A stretch of DNA of 64,000 bases from Ranitomeya imitator (Eukaryota), in NCBI RefSeq assembly GCF_032444005.1, contig NC_091288.1:40858001-40922000 (forward strand). The letters run 5' to 3'. A model generated the notes under the pieces. It made no database searches, was not told the origin of the DNA, and saw only the letters and a program-made list of their open reading frames with translations. Of the stretch, positions 19,941-33,100 are shown in pieces (positions within the stretch are counted from its first letter, which is position 1; every line of letters starts with the position of its first letter). The translations under genes and the position numbers were made by a program.

Positions 19941-21413
19941 ATGTCCCAGTCAAAGTCTAAAAAGTCCTCTAAGGTGCATACTACCTTCTTTTCTGCGTGT
20001 ACCACCTGCCAGGCTCCACTTCCTCGGCCTCAGAGTTCCTTCCTCTGCTCAGCCTGCGATGCCCCATGTGCCCAGGAGCCCTCCACCGACTCTGGCGTAC
20101 CTAGTCCCCCCGCGTGGGTCGCGTCACTTTCGCAATCCGTGGATTTTTTAGCTAATGCCATCAAATCCATTCAGAACCCTCCTGGGGAACAGGGCAACCC
20201 GTTACAGGTGTTAAGAGATCCCTCCGTAGCAGGGGAATCGTCGGCCACCAGGGGCCGCTCTCTCCGGAAAGAGGCACGGTCATCTAGAAAACGGATCCGC
20301 ACTACCTCTCCTGAGCGCTCACCTCGCCACTCAGCTTCTGGCAGCTCCACCTCTCGCTCACCCTCTTTGGGGGCTCGCAGCGTTCACGACTCTGAATATG
20401 AGTCTGATGTATCCTTAGACCCGGAGGCTCCGGAGTTTAGATCTACGGTTGACTCCCTCATTGTGGCAGTCAATCACGCACTTAAAGTGGACGATGACTC
20501 TAATTCTGCTCCGGACCACGCAGTCTCCTTTACTAGAACCAAACGTTCTCATAAAACTTTCGCCTCTCACCCTGATTTTCTGGATATAGTCAGGCGACAC
20601 AGGGAGCGTCCGGATAAGCGTTTCACGGGAAAAAAGGACCTTGTATCGAAATATCCTTTTTCAGCAGATCTCGTGAAAGACTGGACGGATCCCCCAATAG
20701 TAGATCCTCCGGTTTCGCGCCTTGCTTCCAAAATGCTCCTATCCGTCCCGGAGGGCGCTTCGATTAAGAGTCCCACTGAACGCCAGCTAGATTCCCTAGC
20801 TCGCTCAGTGTACGAAGCCTCAGGTTCTTCCCTATCTCCCTCTTTCGCCGCGGCTTGGGTGGCCAAGGCAATGGTTTCCTGGGCGGACGCTCTAGCGAAA
20901 TCCATTCATGAACAGGATCTCCTGTCTGAGATGGCGGACCTTGCTAAACAAATAGCCATGGCTGGTGATTACGTGATGTACGCATCTCTCGATGCAGCGA
21001 ATTGCGCAGCATCGGCGGCCTCAAACGCCATCACTATCAGAAGGGCTATTTGGCTCAGGGAGTGGCGCGCAGATTCCTCCTCTAAAAAATCTCTGATTTC
21101 TCTCCCTTTTTAGAGCGGGCGTCTTTTTGGTCAAAAGCTAGACCAGCTTATTTCCGACGCTACAGGGGGAAAGAGCAAGTTCCTTCCCCAACAGAGGCCC
21201 AAGGCGGCCTTCCAGCGCCAGCCATATTTTCGCTTTCGGCCCTTTCGTACCAGCCCAGCCTGGTCCAATCCTGCCGGTTTTTCCAGATCGGACCGTTCCG
21301 CTCGCTCAGACAGGGACGTTCGTCCCTCTTTCAGGCCGAATCCGTCCTGGCGAGGAAAGCCTAGGCAGCCCAGGACCAGAGGTTCCAGACCCCCCAGATT
21401 CCCTCCTCAATGA
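19941..21413 (+). pseudogene. DIRS-B gag; premature TAG at 21111-21113, natural TGA at 21411-21413
   Basis: The frame continues after the TAG with SGRLFGQKLDQLISDATGGKS, homologous to DIRS-A SRLFGSQLDQIIKDATGG. Confidence 0.9.
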
Positions 21414-23288
21414 CTCGGGAATGGCGCCAGTCGATACCACCAGAGTAGGCGGACGCCTACTTCTTTTTCAGCAAGCCTGGCTCTCCGTCATTCACGACGA
21501 ATGGGTCAGGGATCTGGTGTCGTCTGGCTACAAAATAGAGTTCTCCGCTCCTCCTCCAACTCGGTTTTTTCCCTCTCATCTCCCCAGTTCGGGAGCTCAG
21601 TCTCGCGCCCTCCTTTGCGCCATTCACTCCCTCCGCCAGAGCGGGGTCATTGTTCCGGTTCCGGAACACGAGAAGTTCAAAGGTTTCTACTCGAACCTCT
21701 TCGTCGTGCCAAAAAAGGACGGGAAAGTGCGCCCCATTTTGGATCTGAAGCTCCTGAACAAGTGCGTAAAAGTACGACACTTCAGGATGGAATCGCTCAG
21801 GTCGGTCATCTCGATGGAAAGAGGGGAATTCTTGGCATCGATAGATATCAAGGATGCCTATCTTCACATTCCAATATTCCCGCCACATCAAAGGTTCCTC
21901 CGCTTTGCCGTTCTAGAGGACCATTTCCAGTTCACGGCCTTACCCTTCGGTCTTGCCACGGCACCCAGGGTATTCACGAAGGTCATGGCGGCTGTCATGG
22001 CCATTCTTCATTCTCGAGGAGTCGTCGTGTTGCCTTACTTAGACGACCTCCTCATAAAGGGTCCGTTTTATCAGGCCTGCGAGGCAAGCGTCCACATTAC
22101 TTTGGATTCTCTTTCGCGCCTGGGCTGGTTGATCAACTTGGACAAGTCCTCTCCCGTTCCTGCCCGACGGATCTCCTTTCTGGGAATGATCCTGGACACT
22201 TCAAGGGGTCTGGTCTTGCTTCCTCGGTCCAAGGCCCAAGCGCGTCAGCAAGGAGCCCGAACGCTCTGCCATCCTCGCCCGCGAACCATTCGGTTTGCCA
22301 TGAAAATCCTGGGAAAGATGGTTGCAGCAATCAAAGCGGTTCCTTTCGCTCAACTCCATCTCCGCCCCTTGCAACAGGCTCTGCTGGACAACTGGGACAG
22401 GAGTCTCTCATCTCTCGACCGTCCTTGCCCGTTGTCTCCGCGGATCAGACAATCTCTTGTATGGTGGACCCTGGGTCCATCTCTTCTTCAGGGGAAGTCC
22501 TTTCTCCCGATCCGCTGGTTAGTGGTAACTACCGACGCCAGTCTCCTCGGCTGGGGTGCGGTGTTTCTTCACCACTCTGCCCAGGGCCGTTGGACAGTTC
22601 GGGAGTCAAGGCTCCCTATCAACATCCTGGAGATTCGTGCGATTAGACTTGCCCTGAGTCGCTTTCACGCCCTGCTCGCGGGTCACCCAATACGAGTCCA
22701 ATTGGACAACGTCACAGCGGTGGCTTACATAAACCACCAGGGGGGTACCCGCAGCAGGGCGGCGATGCAGGAAGTCTCCCGCATTCTTCGTTGGGCCGAA
22801 ACCAACCATTCCACCATTTCCGCGGTGCACATTCTGGGAGTCGAAAACTGGGCGGCGGACTTTGAGCCGCCAGGGCCTTGCCTCGGGGGAGTGTGAACTC
22901 CATCCAGAGGTTTTTCGACAGATCTGCCTTCGCTGGGGGACCAGATTGAACGCCAAGGTCCACAACTTCATTGCGCGTTCTCGGGATCCTCAGGCCATCG
23001 GAGTGGATGCGCTGATATTCCCTTGGAATCAGTTTCAACTCCCATATGTGTTTCCTCCACTTCCCTTACTGCCGAAGGTGATCCGAAAGATCAAGACGGA
23101 GGGAGTTTCGGTCATTCTGGTCGCCCCAGATTGGCCACGTCGCGCTTGGTACGTGGAGCTCGTTCAGCTCGTAGCCGACGCCCCCTGGCGGTTACCAGAC
23201 CGCCCAGACCTGCTTTGCCAAGGACCGATCTGCCACCAGAGCTCGGGCCCTACGTTTAACGGCGTGGCTGTTGAAACCTGGATTCTAA
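21412..23288 (+). pseudogene. DIRS-B pol (RT-RH-MT) with frameshifts near 22860 and 23245 and a short deletion
   Basis: VGGRLL, YLDD and TTDAS are present; homology shifts frame after NWAADF; the PDVDLxAS segment is partly deleted. Confidence 0.9.
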
Positions 23289-24307
23289 CTCGAGCTGGTT
23301 TCTCTCAGCAGGTCATTCCCACCATGCTAAGCGCTCGCAAGGCGTCTTCCGCTTCCATTTACCACCGCGCCTGGAAGACCTTCTTCTCATGGTGCAGACT
23401 CCGAGGTCACCCTCCGCTAGTCTTCTCAATCCCTTGCATCTTGGATTTCCTTCAGTCCGGTTTGGATTCCGGCTTGGCACTGAGTTCCCTCAAAGGTCAG
23501 ATCTCAGCGTTATCCGTGTTGTTTCAACGCAGGATTGCTGCCAACCTTCAAGTCAAGACTTTCATTCAGGGGGTCTCCCATGTGGTACCCCCCTACAGAA
23601 TGCCGTTAGAGACCTGGGATCTCAACTTGGTCCTGGGGGTTCTTCAGGAACCTCCATTCGAACCCCTTCAGGACGTTCCGCTTTCTGTCCTCTCCTGGAA
23701 GGTTGCCTTCCTCGTAGCCGTAACGTCTATCAGACGGGTCTCATAATTGGCCGCTTTATCCTGCCGGGCTCCTTTTCTTGCCTTCCATCAGGACAAGGTA
23801 GTCCTACGCCCTTCTCCGGCCTTTCTTCCTAAGGTGGTCTCATCTTTTCACCTTAACGAGGACATCATTCTTCCCTCTTTTTGCCCGCAGCCAAAACACA
23901 GAGTTGAAAAAGCCCTTCATACCCTGGACGTGGTACGGGCTCTTAAGAGGTACATTTCCAGAACGGCTCATTTCAGAAAATCGGACGCCCTTTTCGTGCT
24001 CCCGGAGGGTCACAGAAAGGGTTTGGCTGCGTCTAAAGCCACGATAGCCAGATGGATCCGATCTGCTATCCAGGAATCCTATCGGGTCAGGGGCACTCCT
24101 ATCCCGGCGGGGATTAGAGCACACTCCACTCGGTCGGTGGGTACTTCCTGGGCCATCCGGCACCAGGCTACAGCGGAGCAGGTGTGCAAGGCTGCTACGT
24201 GGTCCAGCCTGCATACTTTCACAAAGCACTACAATGTCCACATTCTCTCCTCTGCGGACGCGGCCCTTGGCAGACGTATTCTGCAAGCGGCCTTTGCGCA
24301 TTTGTAG
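21501..24307 (+). pseudogene. DIRS-B tyrosine recombinase ORF with in-frame stops (22644, 23744) and frameshifts
   Basis: N-terminal extension MGQGSGVVWLQNRV aligns with DIRS-A MGQGSCILGIQNRV; SIRRVS, GIRAHSTR and WSSLHTFTKHY are present. Confidence 0.88.
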
Positions 24308-27113
24308 TCAGATGGTACACGGAGTTATTTGGTTGTATTGTTTCCCTCCCAGGGACTGCTTTGGGACGTCCCATGGTCCTGTGTCCCCCAATGTGGCGAA
24401 GGAGAAATAGGGATTTTTGTGTGTACTCACCGTAAAATCCTTTTCTCCGAGCCACTCATTGGGGGACACAGCACCCACCCTGGTAGCCTTACGGCTCGTT
24501 ACCTTTTTTAGTTTTAGACTGTTTTGTTGACATGTTATACTCTAATGTTACTTGATATTTTGTTATTATCCTACTGCTTTTGCCCTGAACTGGGTCTCTG
24601 GAAGCCAGCATGAGGGTGTATACTGCAGGGGAGGAGCTAACCTTTTATTGTCTCAGCTGTCAGCCTCCTAGTGACAGCAGCATAACACCCCATGGTCCTG
24701 TGTCCCCCAATGAGTGGCTCGGAGAAAAGGATTTTACGGTGAGTACACACAAAAATCCCTATTTTGGAAGCAGAATCCGCACGCCAGTCCCTGAGCCATA
24801 AGGACCTCTGGATGGTGATGGCGTTTGCTGCTGCTTGCGAAGCACAGTTAGCAGCATCCAGGGATGCGGTCACTACAAAATCTCCAGCTCTGGCTATCTG
24901 AGTAGCGAGGTCTGCTATCTCGGGGGGGAAGATTGGTATCCAGCACCGCTGAAGACAAGATCTCAGCCCAGTGGGTCATAGCCTTAGCCACCCATGTAGC
25001 AACAAAAGATGGGAAGAGTGTGGCTGCTGAGGCTTCAAACGTTGTATTGTTGATCTGACGATCGGTTGGGTTTTTAATCGAGGCGCCCTCCGAAGAGGAT
25101 AAAACAGATTTAGTAGCCAGGTGAGATACCGGGGGAGAGTACGACCAATCTTTTCTTAGATCTTGGGCAAAGGGATATTTTGACTCCATGGGCTTCTGCC
25201 CTGTGAATCGTTTATCTGGACGGATCCTGTGAGATTCAACGATTTCCTTAAATTCGGGATGAGTGGCAAACACTCTATGAGCTCGCTTGGTCCTCTTAAA
25301 GGACACGGCATGATCCATTTTGGATAAAGGTTCCTCATCAAGCTTCAAAACCTTATTCACTGACTCAGAGAGTGGAGAGTCTCTTGATCGTGATGAAATT
25401 CCTGATCTAGGGACGTGTCAGAATCGTCCTCTGAAACAGGTTCTCTACTAGCCCCAATGGAAGGGGAGCGAGAAATGGAGCTCTCAGAACCCGAATCCCG
25501 GTGATGGTCTGGGGATATGGCATGAGTCCTTTTCCAGGAAGAGTGAGAACTCCTTGGCAAGGTACGACCCCTGGAATACGAGAGGTTCTGACGATCGGAA
25601 GTGTCGTCTGAAATCGTGCCCTTGTTACAGGAAGGGTCTCGGAACGAGTCTAACGCTTTTGCCAGGGATGCCATAGACCGGGTAAGGGAGGTAGCCCACT
25701 CAGGGGGACTAGGCTCACTGGGTTCGGTATCAGTAACAGGTGGTCCCTGAACAGTCACCGGTTCACAAGCTGTGCACAATGCAGTATTGTGACCCCTTTG
25801 TAAGGACACCTTACAAGAGGTACATGCAGCGAAGAACACAGTGTGGGTTTTCCCAGACTTTTTGTGAGGCTTTGATTGAGACATAGCATAGCCTTGAGGA
25901 GAGCGCTTACTAGCAGGAGAAGGGTTAAGCTATGTTTCTGCAGCTTACCTAGGTCCTGTGTCTTGAGTCCCCAGGGAAGGTCTGCGGTGTATGCCCAGAA
26001 AACGCTAGTCCTGAAGGCTGTGATTCAAAAGGCTGGAGCAGCATCAGCTCTGTGGGTGTCCCAAGATGGCCGCCGAGATCGGGAAGTGAGCGCTTCTCGG
26101 GGAAAAGCCGGGGCTAAATTTTAAACCTGCGGTTGCGGCTGCAGCGCCGCGACCGCTATTAGCGCCATCCTTAAGCCACACTCCTTCATTGAATTGCCGC
26201 ACTGCGGTCCACCCACGGACCTGGGCTTTAAGGTGTGGACCTCCCAAACCCCGGGGACTAGGACCCCCCAGCGCCTCGGCCCCCGCAGTGTACTCACGGT
26301 AGATGCAGTGGGCCGGTGCTCATTCCACTGTCGCCATAGTCAGGGAGGAGGTGGAGAGCTTCTGCCGCCTTCCATCATCCGCTATATCAGTGGTGATGCA
26401 GAGGGGGGCTGCATGGACGCCATACATATTATATCCGGCTATGCACCTGGCTCCAGGAGAGGTAGATGGAGGGCTACTCCATGTGGTCGCCTGCTATGGA
26501 GGGGGGAGATCGGAATGCGAAGGAACCGTCGCCCGTAAAGTGAGCTCAGGGCTGGCATCCAACGTTGCAGGAAAGGGTACGGGAGGGACGCTCCACGTAC
26601 TTGCCTGTTGATTCTGGGGAGATCGGAACCTAGAAAGGATCCGTCGCCCCCATTCGCTCTGTTGAGGGTAAAATAGAATAAAAAGTAAAAAACTAAAATA
26701 AAAACGGTGGGGTCTGAAAGCAGACCCAAGTGCCTCCTACAGACACTAAGCAAGAACTGGTTCACTTAGAGCCAGCAGGAGGGTGTATACTGCAGGGAGG
26801 AGCTATTCTTTGTGTTAATTAGAGTCCTCCTAGTGGCAGCAGCATAACACCCATGGTCCTGTGTCCCCCAATGAAGCATAGGAGAAACTACAACTCCCAG
26901 GATGTTGAATATGTGGGGGGTTGTAATTTTACAACAGCTTTGATCACACTTTGCGTTCCACTGATCTAAGGATTCCTTATAATATTGTTTTAAAAAAAAT
27001 AATCCAGTTAAACTAATTCAGGATTTATTCTAATAAATGTAATAAGGACATTGGTAAAAAGTGATGTCAGGATTATAGAATTCCCCCTGCTTCTACTGGG
27101 GCATAATGCCTCT

Positions 27114-30100
27114 TCAAAAGGTAAAGCCGAGTCTCCTCTTCCCTTGTTGTACATCCCCAGAATCGTATATTTCCTTTATTTGCTGGGTGGTGTCATTATA
27201 ATAAGCCGGTAACTGAACGCCGCTGGTGTCCTGCACTTGGTAGCTCGGTCGTATGCCTCCCCTGTTGGAGTACACCGGGCCGTGTCCTCCTCCGGTGCCG
27301 GTGTGCGCGGCTTTCTTCAATGCCAGTGGATTTCCTCCGGCTTTGGTGATGGAATCAATCACCCGTTTGGCGTACTCCTGAAACATCTCCTCTTCCTTGG
27401 TTATCAGTGCTTCGTTCTTCCTGGCATACTCAAACTCTGCTTCTCTTTCTGCTTCTGTCACTATTTTCTTTTCAGCCTGATAAAAAAAAGATATTACAGA
27501 ATGAACCATAGATTTAAAGGGACTCTGTCAGTACAAAATGACTGCTCAAACCAAGCACGGGGCTCGGTGCTCCATGACGGGACCAGTCCTTTATATACAC
27601 CTTGCCACCTACTTGTTTTCCATCTATCTCTTCCCCCGTCATCTTTGACGGCTCTGACTTCCTAGAGCCAGAGAAGGGTAGAGATAGATGGAAAACAAGC
27701 AGGTGGGAAGGTGTATGCAAAATGATTGGCCATGCCATGAAGCACCGAGCACCTGTGCTTGGTTTGAACAGTCATTATGTGCTGACAGTCCCTTTAAAGA
27801 GAGATGTCAGTACAAAATGACTGTTCAAACCAAGCACAAGCTCTATGTGCACCCCTGACTTGGCCAAACAGTTCAGTGCACCTACACATGTACTTATTTT
27901 GCATCTCTTTCTGCCTTCTGAGTTCTGTAAATGTACAGCTGTTAAGGAAGAGTAGGTTGGAGATAGGTAGGAAGGTAAACCGAGCGCCTGTGGTTGGTTT
28001 GAACAGTCATTTTGTGCTGATGAATTCACTTTAATTTAAAAACAAAATTACGTATGTTACTTTTTTTTTTTATATATAGGTGTCCTCAAACATTTTGTAA
28101 AGACTATGGACACCATTGGGGGAAGAGGAATTTTATTTTGTTAAAGAAAAAAAAAAAGGTTGAAAATTTTTAATAAAGACTCCTTTTCAGGCCTCCATTT
28201 TTCACATGTGTGTTCTACCCATGTTTTCAATGATCCAACACACTCCCATTATAGTCTATGGGACTGTTCAAATCTCCATGATTTTTGTGGACAAAGTGAC
28301 CGCAAAATAAATAAATCCATGGAGACATGTCGGTTCTCGATCCGAGTTATGGACCACACTCGCTGTCCTTTTCAAATGTGTCCACGAAAAAAAAAATGGC
28401 ACACGGCTCCAATCCTTATGTCACTGTAGTGCCGTCCGTTTTTTACTATTTCATGGGTTGAAGAATGGCGGGTATTTTTGTTTTGCATACAAGAAAAACA
28501 GATGAGCGTAAAGAACGACACATGGACCAAAGATGGATGAATATTGGGTGTTGGCAACTCTCGGAATTACCGTATGTGAAAAAAAAAGGTTTTCTTTTAA
28601 TATGGATCAAAATTCTGCAACAAAGTCTACAGAATGTGATTTTATCCTAAAAAAAGTCAATAATCTGGGAGTGAAGACCCACAAATTGTGTAAAGATGCC
28701 CACACACAAGCACCATAGCTGTAAGGTTGGTGACATCTGCCCGATGCCTGTGCTGCCTCATTTATGGCCGGGAAAAATGAAAAAATCCAATGTAGCAGAC
28801 TTATCTGAAAGGCTCTGTCGCCATCGGATCATCAGTGCACCCCACCGACCATGGGGCGTGACGGACTATTACGCAAACATTATGCAAACCCGTATTTCTA
28901 AAGCCTGGCTCGTGGCTCTGAACTCTCACCATCTGCTGGATCTGCAGGTTTTGGACTTTTTTACATTCATCTTCGACTCTCTTCATTTTCTCCCTTTGCT
29001 GTGCGACAAAGAAGTTATCGGCTTCTTTTATTTCGTAAAGAGCCTGGATTCCTTTTAGCTTCTCTCCCTTTTCTTCTTCCTCTTTCTTCTTCCTCTGATA
29101 GATAGAAATACACAATATATAGATATAACTGATTTTTAACAGCGATATTGCTGTAAACTCCTCCACCAGCCTGTGTATGACTCCAACTAAAGCAGGAGAT
29201 TTTTGCCCCAAAAGGACGGAGTGATCTGTCTTATTCCCCCAGTACAGTCATGCCTTTCTACTAATCCCAGGCTGCACAGAGGGGACGTGCCACGGTCTAT
29301 GAACGGACTGTCCGCGGGTCTCCTGGCTCGAATATAAGCTTACGACTACTATATGACTGCATTTCAGCTTCCAAATAACCCCCACAACACCTAGACCCCC
29401 TAATGGTTCCCCTGAATTTAGCTTGGCCTTATTAACGCTTGTAACCTTAGGCTACGTTGTTGGGCGCAGTGTCGGCGATGCAACGCAACCAACAACGCAA
29501 ATACACAACGCAGCGTTTTGCGACGCATGCGTTGCCATAAGACCCTACAGATCAAGAATTTCGGCGCAGGGAAAACGCTACAAGTAGCGTCCTCTGCGCC
29601 CTGTCTTGTGCGTCTATATGACGCATGCGTCGTAAAACGCAGTACAATGCATACCGGCGCATGTCCATGCGCCCCCCCATGTTAAAGATAGGGGCGCATG
29701 TCGCATGCGTCGGTATGCGCCGACGACGCTGCGCCCAGCAACGCAAATGTGAACGTAGCCTTACGCTGATATAAACTTGGCGCAGCAGAACTGTCAAAAA
29801 TCAGGGTGTTCGTATGAGTGACTAAAGGATTCAGAGTCATTACCTCTGATATTTCCAACTTTCTATCCTTTGTTACAAAAAAACCCTCCTGCCCCTCTAT
29901 GTGCCCAGTTTACAGTTACCTACAATATGGCCATGTCCATGAACCGTAGCAGTGAATCCTACATGGGTGAACAAGTTCTTCGGCCCAAATACTAGTCGCC
30001 CTGGTCGGCAGTAATTTGCTTGTTAGCTTAGCAGAATGGGAACAAGCACATATGTCAGAAGACCTGAGATGTGGGAAAATATGGCACCCAAGAGTATGTA

Positions 30101-33100
30101 GCATACCCAAGCGCCATAAGGAGCCATAGATGATTTTTCGTGTAATAATGGGCACAGGAATCTGCTACTCACCATGGCCATTCTGTGCTCTGCAATCTCT
30201 TTCAGATCTGCTTTTCTCTTGTCTTCTTTTTCCTCACTTTCTTTTTTGATCTTCGCTTCCATTTCATCCAGCGCTCTAGTTAGACGCTCTTCTTCATCAT
30301 CGAGCTTCTGCTTCATTTGTGCGGCCAGCAGTTCTGTGATTTTATCTCTGCGTTCCACTGTTTTCCTATTCCATGTTAAGGTGCAAATTCAATGTCACGT
30401 CCTCCTACATACAGGTATGGCATGCATGCTTTCATAATCACAACTATGAATATGATGTTCTAAGAAACTCTTCCTCAACAGCCAATCTGCTAATAACGCG
30501 ACCGGACAGCCGGAGAAGAATACATATACAGGAGCCTGTGTTTTGGCAATGGTCTGTTTAGAATTGCTGATATAGGTCAGGCCATTACAAAGGCTCTTTG
30601 AAAGGGTTGTCCTACTTGACCCAAAACATGTCGAAAAGACAAGGCATATGATAAACTAATAGGCAAAACTATGCTAAGTCCTATCCGATGGCATCCTGTC
30701 CTACCAGTGAACACGGAAGCAACCTCCAGTGGAGCGATGAGGGTTACAGTCAGGAAGTGCGGCTGCTTTTATTGTCCTATCCCATGAGTGTTTCGCCATT
30801 GCTTCATCAAGGATTATCCTTGACAATTCTACAGGGAACTGCGTTTTGTGGGGTGCAGGGTCCCTATCCTGGAAGTAATATGGCCTTTATTTTTACTTGC
30901 CATTTCCACCCACTTTGCCTTTGCATGTTTTGTACCGCCTTAATTCTCTTAAAGGGAATATCCAGAACTATTTAATTTTTTGTACTATTGGCCTAAGAAC
31001 TAACAGGCAAGTAGTTGCTCTCTACCTCCTAGGTGTGCTCAGCACTGATCTCAGCTGAGACAGGCCGGTCATAAACTGGTGACTCAGCGTCTTCTGTCAC
31101 GTCAACAGAGCGAAGTCTGCTCTTCTGCTTTGCTCTGTTGACGGGGCGTGACTGTTGACGTCATGATGATTGACAGCCAGTTCCGAACTGCCTGAGTCGA
31201 CGGTGTCCCTTCGAAACAGCAGCAGGGAAGAAGAAGGGCTGATCTGCTGACGTGGAGTAGCTGAATTGTCGGCAGGAGCGGTCGATGAAAGCTCTGAGCC
31301 ATCACTGGGTAGAACAGGTAGGTAGCCGCCTCTTAGCAAATACCTGCCTGTTAGTTTTTAGGCCCATAGTAAAAAAAAAAAAAAATAGTCCTAGACAACC
31401 CATTATAATATAGGCTGATCTGCAGCACCTGGCAGCAGCCGCTACACAATGAACGAAGCTGCGCAGCTGAGCTCCATCCATCCGCTGCTACCAAAGCGGA
31501 AACCAGCTGATCAGTGGCGGTACTAATAACTCATCATGATGTAAATGTTCTCACCTATGTAATTCCTCTTCTCTCTCCTTTTTCAGATTAGCCATTTTTC
31601 TCTTTGCCAGGACATAGCGTCTTGTCAGGTCATCGTTCTCTTCATCCATCTGTTTCTCAAGAGCTCGCAGGAGGTCTCTGTCAGCAATATGTGCCTACGA
31701 ATATTGATCGTGTCCATACATTAGATTCAGAATGTATTTTCTTCCATGCAGAGACGATACACTTGTAGGCTTTAATGTGATGGGATTGATGGTGCAGTGG
31801 ATTTATCATGGTTCCCACTACCAGGTTTAGGCCGGGGTCCCATCAGCGTACGGCATCTGATGCTTCTCTCATGTGAGACCATGGGATGCGATAAGCTAAT
31901 GACACTCGCCTCTTGTTCTGCTGCGACCGGGAGCCGAGTGTCAGTGCTCCGATCCTCTCACATGACGGGTGCGGAGGAGATGGAGAAATTTATACCTCCA
32001 TCCCCTCTGCTGCCGGCGACAGCGGGAATCAAACTGCACTCGCGTAATATCTGAGTGCAGTGCGATGTTTCACATAGACTTATATGGCTGGGCACGATCC
32101 AATTCTCTCATGAGAAAATAATCACAGATGTGAGCTGCCCCACAGAGAAACATTGGGGCGAGTGCATTCCGATTTTTTTATCTGATTACACTTGTCCGAT
32201 TACATCGTAAGTGGGAGCGAGCCCTTACACTCATCTGACCCGTTGGTAGGCCTATAATGTGAGGAAAGTGTAATGTGAGCAGAAATCGTTCAAACTATAA
32301 TTAATGTGGTTCTCTATTTTGAAGGAATATTTTTCAACCACACAAAGGTGCTTAAAGAAGCTCTCCTCCTCCCATCAAAGTTTTTCTCCTCTTAATATAT
32401 TGCAGTCATCATATTATATAGCACTGTGTACTTACAATTGCTCATTTTGCCTTTCTACCCAGCTAATTCTTCTATTTTCTCTGCTCTATGTACAAAAAGG
32501 AAGTCTCTTTCCCTGCATTTAACATTCCCCTCTTCAACTCCTGCCCCAGCTGTCCTTCCTCCCCCTGCCAGAGACTTTTGCAGGGATGACTCATACAGGG
32601 AAAATTGAACTCCTGTTTCTATCTAGAGCTTAGACGGATTCAGCTAGTCAGTTTTCAATCATTTGATGTCACAGACTTCATGGAAAACAGAACAATTAAC
32701 TGGGCAAAAGGACAAAATGAGCAATTGTAAGTACACAGTGCTAAATAACATGATTGCAATATATTAAGTAGAAAAAAACTCTGATGGGAGGAGGAGAGCT
32801 TCATTAAGAATTAAAAAATAGCCGATAGACAGTAACCGAACCAGTGCCTCTCCTCTGCCTGCATTGTCCACTAAGCTGGCTGCTTCTTCTAGCAGGGGGC
32901 ATCAGGCAACGGCTGCAGACAATCAGAAGCCACCGATCAGCTTCTGTTTGGACAGAATGTCAACTGCTGTAGCTGATTGTCAGCCACTGTTTGGCTGCAG
33001 CCATCATGTGACTTCACCTGCCGGAAGTGGAAGCCAGGAACCTGGAGGAGAACGCTAACGGCAGAATGTAAGAGCAGCACTATTTTTTTAATTCGTGTAC

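Larger units (their letters stand above)
18976..24764 (+). mobile_element. DIRS-B: full-length but decayed DIRS1-type element
   Basis: Left ITR from TTTCTCCTTCGCCACATTGGGGGACAC (18976), ICR 24370-24471, right ITR plus extension ~24587-24764. The ITRs differ from each other at several positions. Confidence 0.95.
15629..26887 (-). mobile_element. DIRS-C: old, fragmented DIRS1-type element on the minus strand, interrupted by DIRS-B and MITEs, with a deletion from RNase H to the right ITR
   Basis: Left ITR at 26887-~26760 (TTTCTCCTATGCTTCATTGGGGGACACAGG on minus). Gag pieces at 25884-24765, 18975-18741 and 18349-18266. Pol pieces at 18267-17449 and 16020-~15680 join in register across the MITEs (EKISVL / Q.EALSQ...FAQLHLRPLQ...WLVLTTDASLLSWGAVF). 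An ITR remnant at 15629-15662 matches the DIRS-C ITR variant AAAGAATAGCTCCTCC. Confidence 0.88.
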
